Shown here piece after piece: positions 48,885-62,176 of a stretch of DNA of 64,000 nt. The stretch's first letter is position 1, and each line of letters begins with the position of its first letter. The stretch comes from Chiloscyllium plagiosum (taxonomy: Eukaryota): contig NC_057756.1 of assembly GCF_004010195.1 (NCBI RefSeq), positions 6,550,788 to 6,614,787 on the forward strand, given 5' to 3'. The notes beneath the pieces are model-generated. The model saw only the letters and a list, made by a program, of their open reading frames with translations, had not been told where the DNA came from and did not search any database. A program made the position numbers and the translations under genes.

Positions 48885-49775
48885 NNNNNNNNNNNNNNNN
48901 NNNNNNNNNNNNNNNNNNNNNNNNNNNNNNNNNNNNNNNNNNNNNNNNNNNNNNNNNNNNNNNNNNNNNNNNNNNNNNNNNNNNNNNNNNNNNNNNNNNN
49001 NNNNNNNNNNNNNNNNNNNNNNNNNNNNNNNNNNNNNNNNNNNNNNNNNNNNNNNNNNNNNNNNNNNNNNNNNNNNNNNNNNNNNNNNNNNNNNNNNNNN
49101 NNNNNNNNNNNNNNNNNNNNNNNNNNNNNNNNNNNNNNNNNNNNNNNNNNNNNNNNNNNNNNNNNNNNNNNNNNNNNNNNNNNNNNNNNNNNNNNNNNNN
49201 NNNNNNNNNNNNNNNNNNNNNNNNNNNNNNNNNNNNNNNNNNNNNNNNNNNNNNNNNNNNNNNNNNNNNNNNNNNNNNNNNNNNNNNNNNNNNNNNNNNN
49301 NNNNNNNNNNNNNNNNNNNNNNNNNNNNNNNNNNNNNNNNNNNNNNNNNNNNNNNNNNNNNNNNNNNNNNNNNNNNNNNNNNNNNNNNNNNNNNNNNNNN
49401 NNNNNNNNNNNNNNNNNNNNNNNNNNNNNNNNNNNNNNNNNNNNNNNNTCTCTTTGTTTCTCTCTGTCTCCTTCAATCTGTCTGCCTCTTTCTGCCTCTC
49501 TCTCTTTCTTTCTGTCTCTGTTTCTCTCTGCCAATCTCACATTCTCTCTCTGTCTGTCTTTCTTTGCATCCGTCTCTCTGTCTCTCTGTTTGTTTTGCTT
49601 TTCACTACTCTGTTCTTTGTTTCCCTGTTTCTCACTGTCTCTCTGTTTCTATCTCACACTCTCTGTCTCTGTTTCTCTTTCACTGTCTGTACTGCTTCAT
49701 CTCTCTCTTTCTCTTTTTATCCCTATCCTTGTCCTTCTCTTTCTCTTTCTTACTTTAATTTCAATCTCAATGAAC

Positions 49776-49996
49776 TGTGAATGGTACTCACTGTTTTTGA
49801 ATAGAGTGAGAAAGTTGAAATTTCTCAATCGACGACAAAGATTCTGTACAGTTTGATTGAGCAATTTAATGAGTTTCAACAAGCAAGAACATATTTTCCA
49901 GAAAATGGACTTTCCCCTTCTGGACTTTTCGCAAGAGATTTGACTTGTTTAAACAATTCGTTATCTATTTGAACATTAAATGTTTAACCTCCTCAT
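49776..49996 (-). promoter_or_regulatory. Putative non-coding first exon (3' end at 49792) and proximal promoter of pentraxin B
   Basis: Donor CA|GTGAGT (49791-86). Homologous to 31000-31215 (ctgtga.tggtact.actg, tgagcaatttaa.gag, tttaaacaattc, tgaacatta). C/EBP-, STAT- and NF-kB-like motifs are present. Confidence 0.6.
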
Positions 49997-50159
49997 GCAG
50001 CTATATCAGCTCCCAAATGTGTGGCCAGCAGTAATGTGCACTTTACTGTAGAGAATGTGAGGTTTGCCATCACTGCAGCTACCAGGAATAATGCTGATTC
50101 AAGAGCAAAGATATCCTACAGAACTTTGTGGAGGTCATCTCAGCTACTGAGGGCATTAG

Positions 50160-50580
50160 TGAACCACACTGACTCCCAAATGTACACACATAAATACTGA
50201 CACTTGCTCAAAACATGCATAGACTGATCACATACTTTTCACAAAGAGACAGAAGCACACAAGAAAATGGACTCCCCTCCAAACAAAGTCGCAGACACAG
50301 AAACTGACAAACATATGGACTCACATTTTACACATATCTATCTCACACATGCTTACAATCGCACACACACATACATATTCCTCACAAACAAATATGCACA
50401 TACAAATTCAAACACTCACTGATGCACACACATATGTTCCAAGCTCATGCATTCTCACATTCTCGGACACTTACACAAACACACTCATTTACTGGAACAC
50501 TGACACAGACTTCTTGCATGAGTACACACACACTGTTAATATCAGCAATGCACACACACAGGCATACACTCACACTCAAT
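50160..50580. repeat. CA-rich low-complexity tract (counterpart of 31260-31440)
   Basis: (ca)n-like sequence. Confidence 0.75.
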
Positions 50581-50723
50581 TATGAGTTGATTAGTTCAGT
50601 TTTGAACAGCATGGATGACTTATCTGCGATAGAAGGAATGCCAACAGTATGGGTTTAATTCAGCTGGGTTTAATTTAGCATGAAGAGCTGCCCTTCTCAA
50701 ACTCACCTCTCACCTGAGGCACG

Positions 50724-51322
50724 TGTTATGGACCAGGACAGACCCCTTTAAAACTTTTCAAGAAGGTAGCCCAGACATGAACTTTTCTCATTGTTTTGAG
50801 CAGATATAAGATGGATATTCCTGGTGATGCACCTGGTCAAAAGCCCTCGGTTTTCAACAAAATCGGATTTATTTACTGAATGTAAGACAAACAAAAGAGA
50901 ACAGAGTGCAGAATAACTTAACCGATCCGAAAACCCAACAGATGATCCCAACTTAATGATGCTGTTCCAAATTCCTGCAACAATCCCCATAAACACTCCT
51001 TGGCAAAAAGTTAAAATCAAACACCGTGTCTTACAGGAGAGAGGGATGGCAGAGATTCAGCCTGGCACATCTTCTTCCATGCAGCTGTTCCTTTGACCAG
51101 CAGCCTCTGACCAGCTAGACTGTTTGCTTAAACCAAACCAAACCCGAGAAAAGGTAAGCTGGGAGAACTGGCCACTCCCTTTCATTGTAAAAGTATTTAT
51201 TTAAAAGCTTAAAAGCTTCTTCATGTAGATAAACCCAGACACTTTGGAATCTACGCATTTATGACCTCTTTGATAAAAAGCCAGATACTACCTTACCTTG
51301 TTAAAGGAGCAACATCATCACA
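50724..51322. mobile_element. Solo LTR (599 bp), TG...CA ends, 4-bp TSD cacg/catg
   Basis: Termini tgtta...tcaca. The flanks differ by one CpG-type transition. The host repeat resumes seamlessly (cctgaggc|catggtg). Confidence 0.8.
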
Positions 51323-52777
51323 CATGGTGCCCTGAAGGCTAAGCCACCATCAGTCTTTCTTTGATGGAGAGCAGCCCATTATCCAACATGACTATGGTGA
51401 CTTTGCCTTTTACCTTTTTATGCCTTACAAAATGAGGAAACACACAGGCATAGTATTCACACACATACAGTTCTCTCTCTCTCTCTGTCTTTCTGTATCT
51501 CTTTTGTTATGTAGCAGCACATGATAGAGAGTAGGACTAATGCAAAGTGATTTATGCCGTCAAATTTACCTTTAAAATCCAACCACCATACCAGACCACC
51601 ACTACACAACACTCCCTAACTCCCATTACATCATAAACAGCCTCTAAATCTCCCTATCTCTGTTCAAGTTGGAGATCAAAGCTGGAGAGATGAATGTACG
51701 GCTGAAAGTTTGATGTGGGAGATGTGGATTACAATTAGTCGGGCATTTGCTCCAGTACTGGGGAATGTGGGATCTGTGCCACTGTGACAGATTACACCTG
51801 AACCATACTGATATCTCGTGAAGTGGAGCGGGATTTTCAACTAAATTTTGATGATAATGGCCCAGGTTTTCGAAGATTTGGTGAGTCAAAGAGTCAGGAA
51901 GAGGCAACAGAGGACAAAAATTGACGTGGGAAATTATAAGCAGACAATTACAGGGCAGTACTGAGGATATAGATCTCAAGCCAAATCAACAGATTGGGCT
52001 AGATCAGAGGTGGGGAACCTTTTCATGTTGGAAGGCTGCATTATGTTAGTTGTAATCTAATAAGGCCGCAACCAAGAAACTTCAATTGTATATTCTTCAA
52101 AATTCACATTATTTTGTTAAAATCTAACTACTATGTACTAACTAACTAAAATAACTAAATCATAAGCATAGCAGGTGTCGAAATAGCCCTTATGACTTAT
52201 TATTTTTTTAATTGTGGTGGTCAGTCTGTGAGGATTATTTCACTGAATTTTCTTTTACTCTCTGGTATTTTAAGTACATTCATTTTAAGATTAAAATAAA
52301 AATAATAAAGGACGAAGAAAAACATATTAATAAAAAATAAAAGATTTGTTCTGCAAAATTTGGATTCATTCAAAAGGCCACACGCAGTGGCCTAGAAGGC
52401 TGTAGGTTCCGCACCCCTGGGCTACATGATCCAAAAATAATTTTAAAAAGTCAAAGCTTGAGGCACTGTGTTTGAATTCATTTAACAACTCAAAGTGGAT
52501 GAACTAGTAATACAAATCGAGATAAATAAGTCAGTCCTACTGGCAAGTACTGAGACCTGACTGCGGGGCAACGAAAATTGGGTATATGACATTTAGGGAC
52601 AGCAGGAAGCTGGGAAACTGTAGAGGATTGGCTCTGTTATTTGAATGTTATATTAGGACAACAAAGGAGTGACCTAAATCGAGGAAAGGCAGGATATAGA
52701 AGCAGTCTGAGTCGAGACTGGGCATGATAAAAGCAAGAGGTGATTTAGAGTGTTAGAGATGTACAGCAGACGTACAG

Positions 52778-53031
52778 GGTGGCACGGTGGCACAGTGGTT
52801 AGCACTGCTGCCTCACAGCGCCAGAGACCCAGGTTCAATTCCTGCCTCAGGCAATTGACTGTGTGGAGTTTGCACATTCTCCCCGTGTCTACGTGGGTTT
52901 CCTCCCAGAGTCTAAAAATGTGCTGGTTAGGTGAAGGAGTAAATGTAGGGGGGTGGGTTGCGCTTCGGCAGGTTGGTGTGGACTTGTTGGGACGAAGGGC
53001 CTGTTTCCACACTGTAAGTAATCTAATCTAA
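52778..53031 (+). mobile_element. HE1-type SINE (internally deleted)
   Basis: Consensus head, core and (aatct)n tail. Confidence 0.92.
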
Positions 53032-53032
53032 A

Positions 53033-53882
53033 CTGACCCTTCAGTCCAACTCGTCCATGCTGATCAGATATCCTATCCTAACTGAGCAGCACCCGGCCCA
53101 TATCCCCTAAATTCTTCCCGATTCATATACCCATCCAGATGCCTTTTAAATGAGGCAATTGTACCAGCCTCCACCACTTCCTCTGGCAGCTCATTCTGTA
53201 CACGCACCACCCTCTGCGTGAAAAAGTTGCCCCTTAGGTCCTTTTAATATTTTTCCTCTCTCACCCTAAACTTAAGCCCTCTAGTTCTGGACTCCCCCAC
53301 CCCAAGGAAAAGACATCATCTATTTATCCTATCCATGCCCCTCATGATTTTATAAACCTCTATAAGATCATCCCTCAGCCTCCAATGCTCCAGAGAAAAC
53401 GGCCCAAACCTGTTCAGCCTCTTCCAATAGCACAAATCCTCCAACATCCTTGCAAATCTTTTCTGAGCCCTTTCAGGTTTCACAACATCCTTCTGCTAGG
53501 AAGGAGACCAGAATTGCATGCAATATTCCAACAGTGGCCTAACCAACATCCTGTACAGCCGCAACATGACCTCCCAACTCCTGTACTCAATACTCTGATC
53601 AATAAAGGAAAGCATACCAAACGCCTTATGCACTGCACTGTCAATCTGCAACTCTACTTTCAAGGAAATATGAACCTGCACTGCAAGATGTCTGTTCAGC
53701 AATGCTCCCTCGGGCTTTACCAATAAGTATAAGTTCTGCTATGAATAGCTTTTCCAAAATGCATCACCTTGCATTCATCTAAATTAAACTCCATCTGCCA
53801 CTACTCAGCGCATTGACCCATCTGATCAAGATCCCGTTGTACTCTGAGGTCACCTCCTTTGCTGTCCACTACATCTCCAATT
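53033..53882 (-). mobile_element. CR1/HER1 LINE 3' fragment
   Basis: LYRMLVRPLLEYCMQFWSP (53496-53723). Confidence 0.92.
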
Positions 53883-53889
53883 TGTGGAG

Positions 53890-55140
53890 ATTTTGTGCAG
53901 GCTGCCTATCTGTAACCATAAGATGGGACAGAATACCCAGCAAGAAATTATGGGAGCTTGTCAAAAGAGTGCAAAGATTATCCTGGGGGATTGTCACCAA
54001 CATATGGGCTGGAAAAATCAGAAGGGATAGAGTAGTCAAAAGGAAGAATGAATTGACTTTTTTCAGGGCAATTTCTTTGACCAGCATGTATGATATTAAC
54101 AATGAGCAAGCTGGTTTTGAGATCAGATTAATTACTGACCTTATCGTGAAACTGCCCCTCACTGGCAGTGACCCTAATATGATTGCATTTATATAGAGTT
54201 TAAGGGCGGGAAGCATAGACCTGCTGCCTAGCACAGCATGGTGGCTGAATGCTTAGCACTGCTGCCTCACAGCCCCAAGGGCCTGGGTGCAATTCCAACC
54301 TTGGGTGACTGTGTGGAGTTTATACATTCTCCCTGTATAAATGAATGTTATCTGCAGATGCTCCAGTACCCTCCTGCTGTCCAAAGATGTGCAGGTGAGA
54401 TGGATGAGCTGTGTTACATTTCTCATAATGCCTAGGGATATGCAATTTAAGTGAATTAGAGATGGGAAATGTAAGGTTACAGTAAAAGGGGAGGGTCTAG
54501 TTAGGATGTTCTTCAGAAAGTTGGTGTGGACTCAATAATCCAAATGGACGACATCCCCACTGTAAGAACTTCATGATTCTAAGATTATGTTCAATTTGAA
54601 CAGGACAGTTGTGAGGGCATGAAAGCAGAACTAGTGAAAGTAAACTGTCAATTTAGTTTAAGGTTATATGAATAGAGATGAAAAGGCAAACATTAAAGAG
54701 ATGTACCAGAAAGTGCATTGATTAATTCCAGCACACAACAAACATTCTATGGGATGAACCAACTGTCACTGAAAAATTCAAACGTACTACTAAACACAAA
54801 GAAACACATTTAATTGTGCAAAGACTGATGACTGGACAAAAATTACAAATAAAACAAGAGATATAAAAAGTGAGAAAATTAGAGTGTGAGAGAATTAGCT
54901 AAAAATAGAAAAACAAGAAAGGAAAAAATGTTGTGTATGTTAAAAAATGAAATTCAAGGTAACAAAGTAAATGTTGAACCTGGGTGAAAGAAATCTGGGG
55001 AATTGGCAAAGGAGGATAAAGAAATGGCAGATCTGTGCCAAACGCCTAATTTGCATCTTTCTTCACTGGCGAAGATGCAAGTTCCATCCCGGAAATAACT
55101 GTAAATAAGAAATTAAAAGGGAAAGAGAAACTCAACAAGT
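53890..55140 (+). mobile_element. Old CR1 ORF2 (endonuclease-to-RT linker) remnant interrupted by a diverged SINE (~54225-54585)
   Basis: LITDLIVKLPLTGSDPNMIAF resembles the CR1 endonuclease end motif (LGxSDHxxIxF). Confidence 0.65.
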
Positions 55141-55824
55141 CCGGGACATCAACTTGGACATTAACCGTATCCTTAGTTACCACCACGCATCAGCTCAATT
55201 GGATTTTTGCTGTGTGATGTTGAATGATGACAACAGTGCACTTTCTATTCCCACAGCTGGATAAGGATACTATGAAAGTCACTTTTTAATGTTGCTACTT
55301 GCCAGAGATGCCTCTCAGGTTGAACCCATCACCAATTACTTGTCTGGCGAGAGATTGTTCCTCAATGATTATAATGCCTTTTCAAAAAGCTAACAGACAT
55401 GAGAATGTAAAACTTACTCGCCAAAGATTGGAGGAGTCAAGAATTCTGTACCAGCATTGATCTGTGGTGTGCAGCAGACTCATGATCTTCTCCATATTTT
55501 AATCATCACATGTATGTCATATTACCTTCAATTCTGTCTTCTTTTAAAAGCTTTGTTGGATCGATATCACAGGGATCATAGAAAGAAGAAAATACATCTT
55601 CGTTAAATACATGGTTCATTAAATGTCTATAAATTGAGCAGTTTATTTCGTGCATATTACATTGGGAAGGTTAAACTTATCAAAATAGGATTTGCCAATT
55701 TGTAAATATGCATTCAAATTTGTTGGAATTATGTTTTTGTTTATCATAAAAAGAAGAAAATACATCACATCATTTTTTGAAATTGCCATTCCTTCCACAA
55801 CTTTAAATACATAAAAACATACTT

Positions 55825-56520
55825 AGGGTGATCTCATAGAGGTTTATAAAATCATGAGGGGCATGGATAGGATAAATAGGCAAAGTCTTTTCACTGGGGT
55901 AGGGCAGTCCAGAACTAGAGGGCATAGGGTTTAGGGTGAGAGGGGAAAGATAGAAAAAGGACCAAAGGGGTAACTTTTTCATGCAGAGGGTGGTGCATGT
56001 ATGGAATGAGCTGCCAGAGGAAGTAATGGAGGCTGGCACAATTACAGCGGGGGGGGCACAGTGGGCAGCACAGTGGCACAGTGGTTAGCATTGCTGCCTC
56101 ACAGCGCCAGAGACCCGGGTTCAATTCCCACCTCAGGCGACTGACTGTGTGGAGTTTGCACATTCTCCCCGTGTCTGCGTGGGTTTCCTCCGGGTGCTCC
56201 GGTTTCCTCCCACAGTCCAAAGATGTACAGGCCAGGTGAATTGGCCATGCTAAATTGCCCGTAGTGTTAAGTGAAGGGGTAAATGTAGGGGTCTGGGTGG
56301 GTTGCGCTTCAATGGGTCGGTGTGGACTTGTTGGGCCAAAGGGCCTGTTTCCACACTGTAAGTAATCTAATCTAATCTAAAAAAGGCACCTGGATGGGTA
56401 TATGAATAGGAAGGGTTTGGAGGGATATGGGCCAGTGCTGGCAAATGGGACTAGATTGATATCTGGTTGGCATGGACGAATTGTACCGAAGGCTCTGTTT
56501 CCATGCTGTATGACTCTATG
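55825..56520 (+). mobile_element. CR1/HER1 3' end with an HE1 SINE inserted at ~56050-56379
   Basis: The LINE breaks at acaattacagc and resumes at aaaaggcacctggatggg. The SINE is full length with a reiterated head. Confidence 0.92.
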
Positions 56521-57234
56521 AATGTTGATATTGGTGACAGAATCAGATGTAACATTTTGTCTACAAATGCCCACTGCCGAAAATCTCCAGGCAAGATTTT
56601 CTGATTCATGAAGAATGGGGAGCTGTAGTTAGACTGAGTAAGCAATAGGACTAAACTAACAAGACAACTCTGCAATGATAGGTCAATTTAAAAAGTCCAT
56701 AGTTTTCTGGTCAAGTATTGTGAATTAATCTGTAACCATCCCCAATAGATATATCACTAGAAAAACAGACCCAATCAAATTGCTATTGAAACTTCAAATT
56801 CCAGTAAAAGAAAATGTCATTTCAACAAATTAGAATGCATGTTTACAAACGGGCAAATCCTATTCTGAGAGGTTTAACCTTCCCAGTGTAGTATGCACAA
56901 AATAAGCTGCTCAATTTACAGACATTTAACGAACCATAAATATTTTGACAGGGAGTGAAAATCAAGCAATGTCACAATCTCCTTTATACACAAAATACAC
57001 AACAGAGGAATGTTTGAAGATTACATCAATATTTAAGACTACAACAAATGGATATTAGGCTCCTGCTTGCAGGAAATTTATTGCTCATTGATTATAATCA
57101 AATCTGAGTATTGGTGGAAGATCTTCTGGCCACTTGGGTAAATGAGAATTTTATTTCCCTCCAATACCTTCAGACGTTTTAACAAGAAGCTGAGCTAACC
57201 CTTCCATCAAAGGCAAAATGAATCTGAACAGGAT

Positions 57235-58325
57235 TAGAGTCATAAACCATGGAGATGTACAGTACGGAAACAGACCCTTTGGTGCAACTCGCCCATGCCA
57301 ACCAGACATCTGAAAGTAGTCTACTCCCATTTGCCTGCGCTTGGCCTATATCCCTCCAAACACTTCCTATTCATATAGTCATCCAGATGCCTTTTAAATG
57401 CTGCAATTGTACCAGCCTCCACCACTTCTTTTGGCAGCTCATTCCATACATGCACACCCACTGTGTGAAAAAGCTGCTCCTTAGGTCCCTTTTATATTTT
57501 TCCCCTCTCACCATAAACCTATGCCCTCTCGTTTTGGACTCCCCCACCCCAGGGAAAATACTTTGTCTATTTATCCTATCCATGCCTCTCATGATTTTAT
57601 AAACCTCTACAAGGTCATCCCTCAGCCTCCGAATCTCCAGGGAAAACAGCCCCAGCCTATTCAACCTCTCCCTATAGCTCAAATCCTCCAACCGTGGCAA
57701 TACCCTTATAAATCTTTTCTGAACTCTTTAAAGTTTCACAACATCCTTTCGATAGAAAGGAGACTAGAATTGCTCGCAATATTCCAAAAGTGGCCTAACC
57801 AACATCTTGTACAGCTGCAACATGACCTCTCAACTCCAGCAACACATTTTTAAGCTCTGATCTCCAGCATCTGCAGTCCTCACTTTCTCCCAACTCCTAT
57901 ACTCAACACTCTGACCAATAAAGGAAAGCATACAAAATGCCTTCTTCACTATCCTATCTACCTGCAACTCTACTTTCAAGTAGCTACAAAACCTGCACTC
58001 CAAGGTCTCTTTATTCAGCAAAACTCCCGAGGACCTTACCATTAAGTGTGTAAGTCCTGTTAAGATTTGCTTTTCCAAAATGCAGCACCTCACATTTATC
58101 TAAATTAAACTCCATCTGTCACTTCTCTGCCCATTGGTCCATTTGATAAAGATCACATTGTAATCTTCTTTGCTATCCACTACACCTCCAATTTTGGTGT
58201 CATTTGCAAAATTACTAACTATACCTCCTATGTTCACATCCAAATTATTTATATAAATGACGAAAAGTAGTGGACACAGCCCTGATCTTTGTGACACTCC
58301 ACTGGTCACAGGCCTCCAGTGACTG
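57235..58325 (-). mobile_element. CR1/HER1 LINE fragment (~1.1 kb) with a ~55-bp Penelope-end insertion at ~57838-57890
   Basis: WRPVTSGVSQRSGLCPLLFVIYINNL..VSNFANDTK (RT) and LSYRERLNRLGLFSLE. Confidence 0.93.
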
Positions 58326-60247
58326 GAGATAGAAACATTGAACACAGAGGCAGGATGAGGCCATTCAGCCCTTTGAACCTGCTTCCCATTCAATCTGATC
58401 ACTGCTGAGCATTCAATTCAACTCCCTGCTCCTGCTTTCTCCCTATACCTCTTGATCCCATTCGTCCTAAGAATCATGACTGCATCTTTCTTCTATATCT
58501 TTAGTGTTTTGGCCTCAGCAGAGAATTCCACAGACTCATCTCTCTCTGGGTGAAGAGATTCCTCCACATCTGAATCTGTGTGCAAGGTCTGGTCTTGGAC
58601 TAGTCATTCATCAGGAACCTCCTTCCTACATTTCTCTGTCAAGAATGACGGCGCCAAATTTGTGGCAACAGCTCACAAACAGAGAACTAAGGCCACCCAG
58701 TCACCCAGATTTACATTACAGCACAGGACATAAACTTCAGACTGGGTTAGAAAAATAATCTTAAATACAATGTTTAGTCAAATATTTCACCGATCTTTAT
58801 CAGTGGCCTAACAATGCGATACAAATATTCTGTGGTTACCTGGGCACCTGCTCCTACACACGAGTGGTTTTCTGACCTTTAGTTGTTGGGATTGAAACCC
58901 ATACTTTAAAATGTCAGTTGTAGGTAGGGTTTTTTTTTCTGGTCAACAGCTTGACGCGGTTCAGATGCCATTTTCGACTTAACCTCAACTGTTCAGTCAT
59001 GCTTTGACCGCGTCAAATGAAGTCGAATTAACTAATTCTCACCCTAGTTCCTGTAATAACTAGGTCAGGGTTTGAATTCTTGCTTTCACCACTAGGGATA
59101 TTTTTGGTCATATCACTGGGCTGCTCATCCGGAGAACTGGATTAATATTCTGGGGAAATGAGACTGCATCTCCTCATGGACTCATTAACAATATCTTGAA
59201 TTAATGCCTATCCTAATGTTGACCATAGGATCACTGTCAATTCTCATAGAGTTCTTGCTGCTTCCCCTATGTATGTTAGGGAGAGCGGTACTGTCATGCT
59301 GAACTGGCCTGTCCACCATTTCGCCACAGAGAAATGCAATTGACCATGAACTGCTACCCAGAAAGACAAAGGGACGATGGATGCTGTAATGCCAAGTGAA
59401 ACACTCTCCCTTGGAAGAAGGAAGAGCATTGATCTGAGACTGTGCTTGCAGGTTCAACTGCCAAAACTATTGGAAACAGGTCTAGCGGAACAAGTCAGTG
59501 AAAGTGATTGGAGTGAACTGAACAATGCTTTGGGTGGAGAGAGTGTAAAGCTGTGAGTGAGTTGCAGTTTACAGATAATTGACAGGGGAAGAAACTGATT
59601 GGTGAGCTTATTCGGCAATACCCTTGTCGTAGTAATTTGCTTTAAAAGTTCTGGTATGGCAGTTCAGCTTGGTCACGTGGCAGTTAAATCCTGCAATATG
59701 GGGTGGGGTCATGGATGCAGCATGTGTCCGATCTATATGAAGGGACTGCCACTGGCCTTAGAGGCTTCAGTTCCTGGTTGTCAGGGCTGGACCCACAAAT
59801 GTATTCACCATTCTGCATGCACGATAGGTACAATTGCATTGATATCATTATTATGGAGGGATCCACATCACATCAGAGAAGTGCAGGCAGAGTACAGATG
59901 GATGAATACCTAGGCTTCTCAGAGACCAGTTGGAATTCAGATCTTTTAAACATCTGGTAATATGTCTCTAATGATGACAGTGAAACCATTGTCGATTATC
60001 GGGGTGGGGTGGGGGTGGGGGGGAATCCCATCTGGTTCACTAATATCCTTCAGGAAAGGAAATCTGTCATCCTTACCTGGTCTGGCTACATGTGACTCCA
60101 GACACATAGTAATGTGATTGACTCTTATCTGCCCTCTGGGAAATTCGGGGTGGGTAATTATAATGACGGCCTTGTGAGGGACACCCACAACCGGTGAATA
60201 AATAATAGGATATGCCACACAGAAGCCTACTGGTCACAGAGTAAAAG

Positions 60248-60885
60248 GGTCATAGAGATATACAGCACAGAAACAGACCCTTCAGTCCAACTCATCCATG
60301 CCGACCAGATATCCCAACCCAATCTAGTTCCACCTGCAAGCACCTGGCCCGTATCCCTCCAAAACCTTCCTATTCATATACCCATCCAGATGCCTTTCAA
60401 ATGTTGCAATTTTACTAACCTCCACCACTTCCTCTGGCAGCTCATTCAATACACGTACCACCCTCAGCGTGAAAACATTGCCCCTTAGGTTTCTTTTATA
60501 TCTTTCCCCTCTCACCCTAAACCTATGCCCTCTAGTTCTGGACCCTCCGACTCCAGGGAAAAGACTTTGTGTATTTATCCTATCCAATGCTGTCTAATTG
60601 GATTCACATTTTAAGTATTGGTGAGGGTAATGTTGCTATTGAACTCCACCGAGCATATTTTTGCCAATTTACTTCGAATATCAATATGACTTTTACATTT
60701 TATGCTATCCTCTACAAGTTTGCCTCACTTCGTGCAATCCGCAAATTTGGAAATGTGAATAGCTGACGCCCTTACAGAGGTCCTTGTGGAACACCAATCA
60801 CATCCTGCCAACCTAAGTACCTACCAGTCATCCTAATCCGCTGTTGCCTTCCACTCAACCAATTTCTCAATTTCAGAGAATGTCA
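60248..60885 (-). mobile_element. CR1/HER1 3' end (60248-60590) inserted next to an older CR1 RT remnant
   Basis: TRGHRFRVRG..FTLRVVRVLNELP, and remnant ggtccttgtggaacacca (GVPQG). Confidence 0.85.
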
Positions 60886-60980
60886 TGTGTTAATAAGAAG
60901 TAGGAAAGTGGGGAATGAAATTAGAATGCTGGTAAAATGAAGGGGAATATCAATTAAGATTGCTATACAGTATAATACCA

Positions 60981-62176
60981 TTACTGGGGAACAAGGACAT
61001 TGGGTAGGCCATTTAGGGCTGAGATAAGGAGATATTTCTTCGCCAGAGAGTGAGGAGCCTATAGCATTTTCTGCCACAGAAAGGCGGCACGGTGGCACAG
61101 TGGTTAGCACTGCTGCCTCACAGCGCCAGAGACCCGGGTTCAATTCCCGCCTCAGGCGACTCTCTGTGTGGAGTTTGCACATTCTCCCCGTGTCTGCGTG
61201 GGTTTCCTCCGGGTGCTCCGGTTTCCTCCCACAATCCAAAAATGTGCAGGTTAGGTGAATTGACCATGCTAAATTGTCCGTAGTGTTAGGTGAAGAGGTA
61301 AATGTAGCAGTATGGGTCTGGGTGCTATACGCTTCGGCGGGTCGGTGTGGACTTGTTGGGCCGAAGGGCCTGTTTCCACACTGTAAGTAATCTAATCTAA
61401 TCTAATCTAAAAAGAATTGGACCACTTGATGTGAATGCATGCAGATTTTACAATTCAGTAGATGATTTCAGGGAGCATATGAGCTGCCAAAATATAATGT
61501 CTAATAACGGAAATCTGGCTGCAGCATATCCATGAATGGAAAGTTAATTTTCAAGTCTATGTAACATTTTGAAAAGAAGATAAGGAGACCATGTTGCATT
61601 GATTATAAGACCACGTGTCCACGCACTTTAATGGAGGATATCAGATGGAAAGAATAAAAGGTGAAATCTATTCATTTAAACACTATTATTACTCAGTCGT
61701 GGGATATAAGCATCGCTAGCTAGCTAAGTAAGCATTCATCTTTCTCCCTAACTGCCCCTTGAGAAGGCAGTGGTATTCAGTATTAAGGAGGGGGGGGGGT
61801 TCTAGCGTGAATAAATAGGGTAAATCAGTTCCCACTGCTTAAAGAAATGAGAAGTAGAGGGTTCACGTTTAGAACCATTGGGAAACATGGGAAAAAGGAA
61901 CAGGAGGAGGCCATTCAGCCCTTAGAGCCTGATCCACAGCTCAGGATGAGAATAGCTGCTCACACAATTCAGTCCCCGGTTCCCAGTTTATCTCCCATAT
62001 CCCTTGACCCCTTTAGCCCTAAGAACTATATTTACACCTGGCATGGACCCATCCAATGTTTTGACCTCAAAGCCTTTCTGTGGCAGAAAATGCTATAGGC
62101 TCCTCACTCTCTGGTGAAGAAATATCTCCTTATCTCAGCCATAAATGGCCTACCCAATGTCCTTGTTCCCCAGTAA
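60981..62176. repeat. 105-bp near-perfect inverted duplication (60981-61085 and 62072-62176)
   Basis: 103/105 identity by hand comparison, with a ~1-kb spacer. Confidence 0.9.
61082..61410 (+). mobile_element. HE1-type SINE, full length and young
   Basis: Consensus head, core and (aatct)4 tail. Confidence 0.95.

Noticed and set aside
61082-61160. tRNA gene-like A/B boxes (also at other SINE heads)
   Set aside because: Each continues into a SINE core and LINE-derived tail, so they are not standalone tRNAs.
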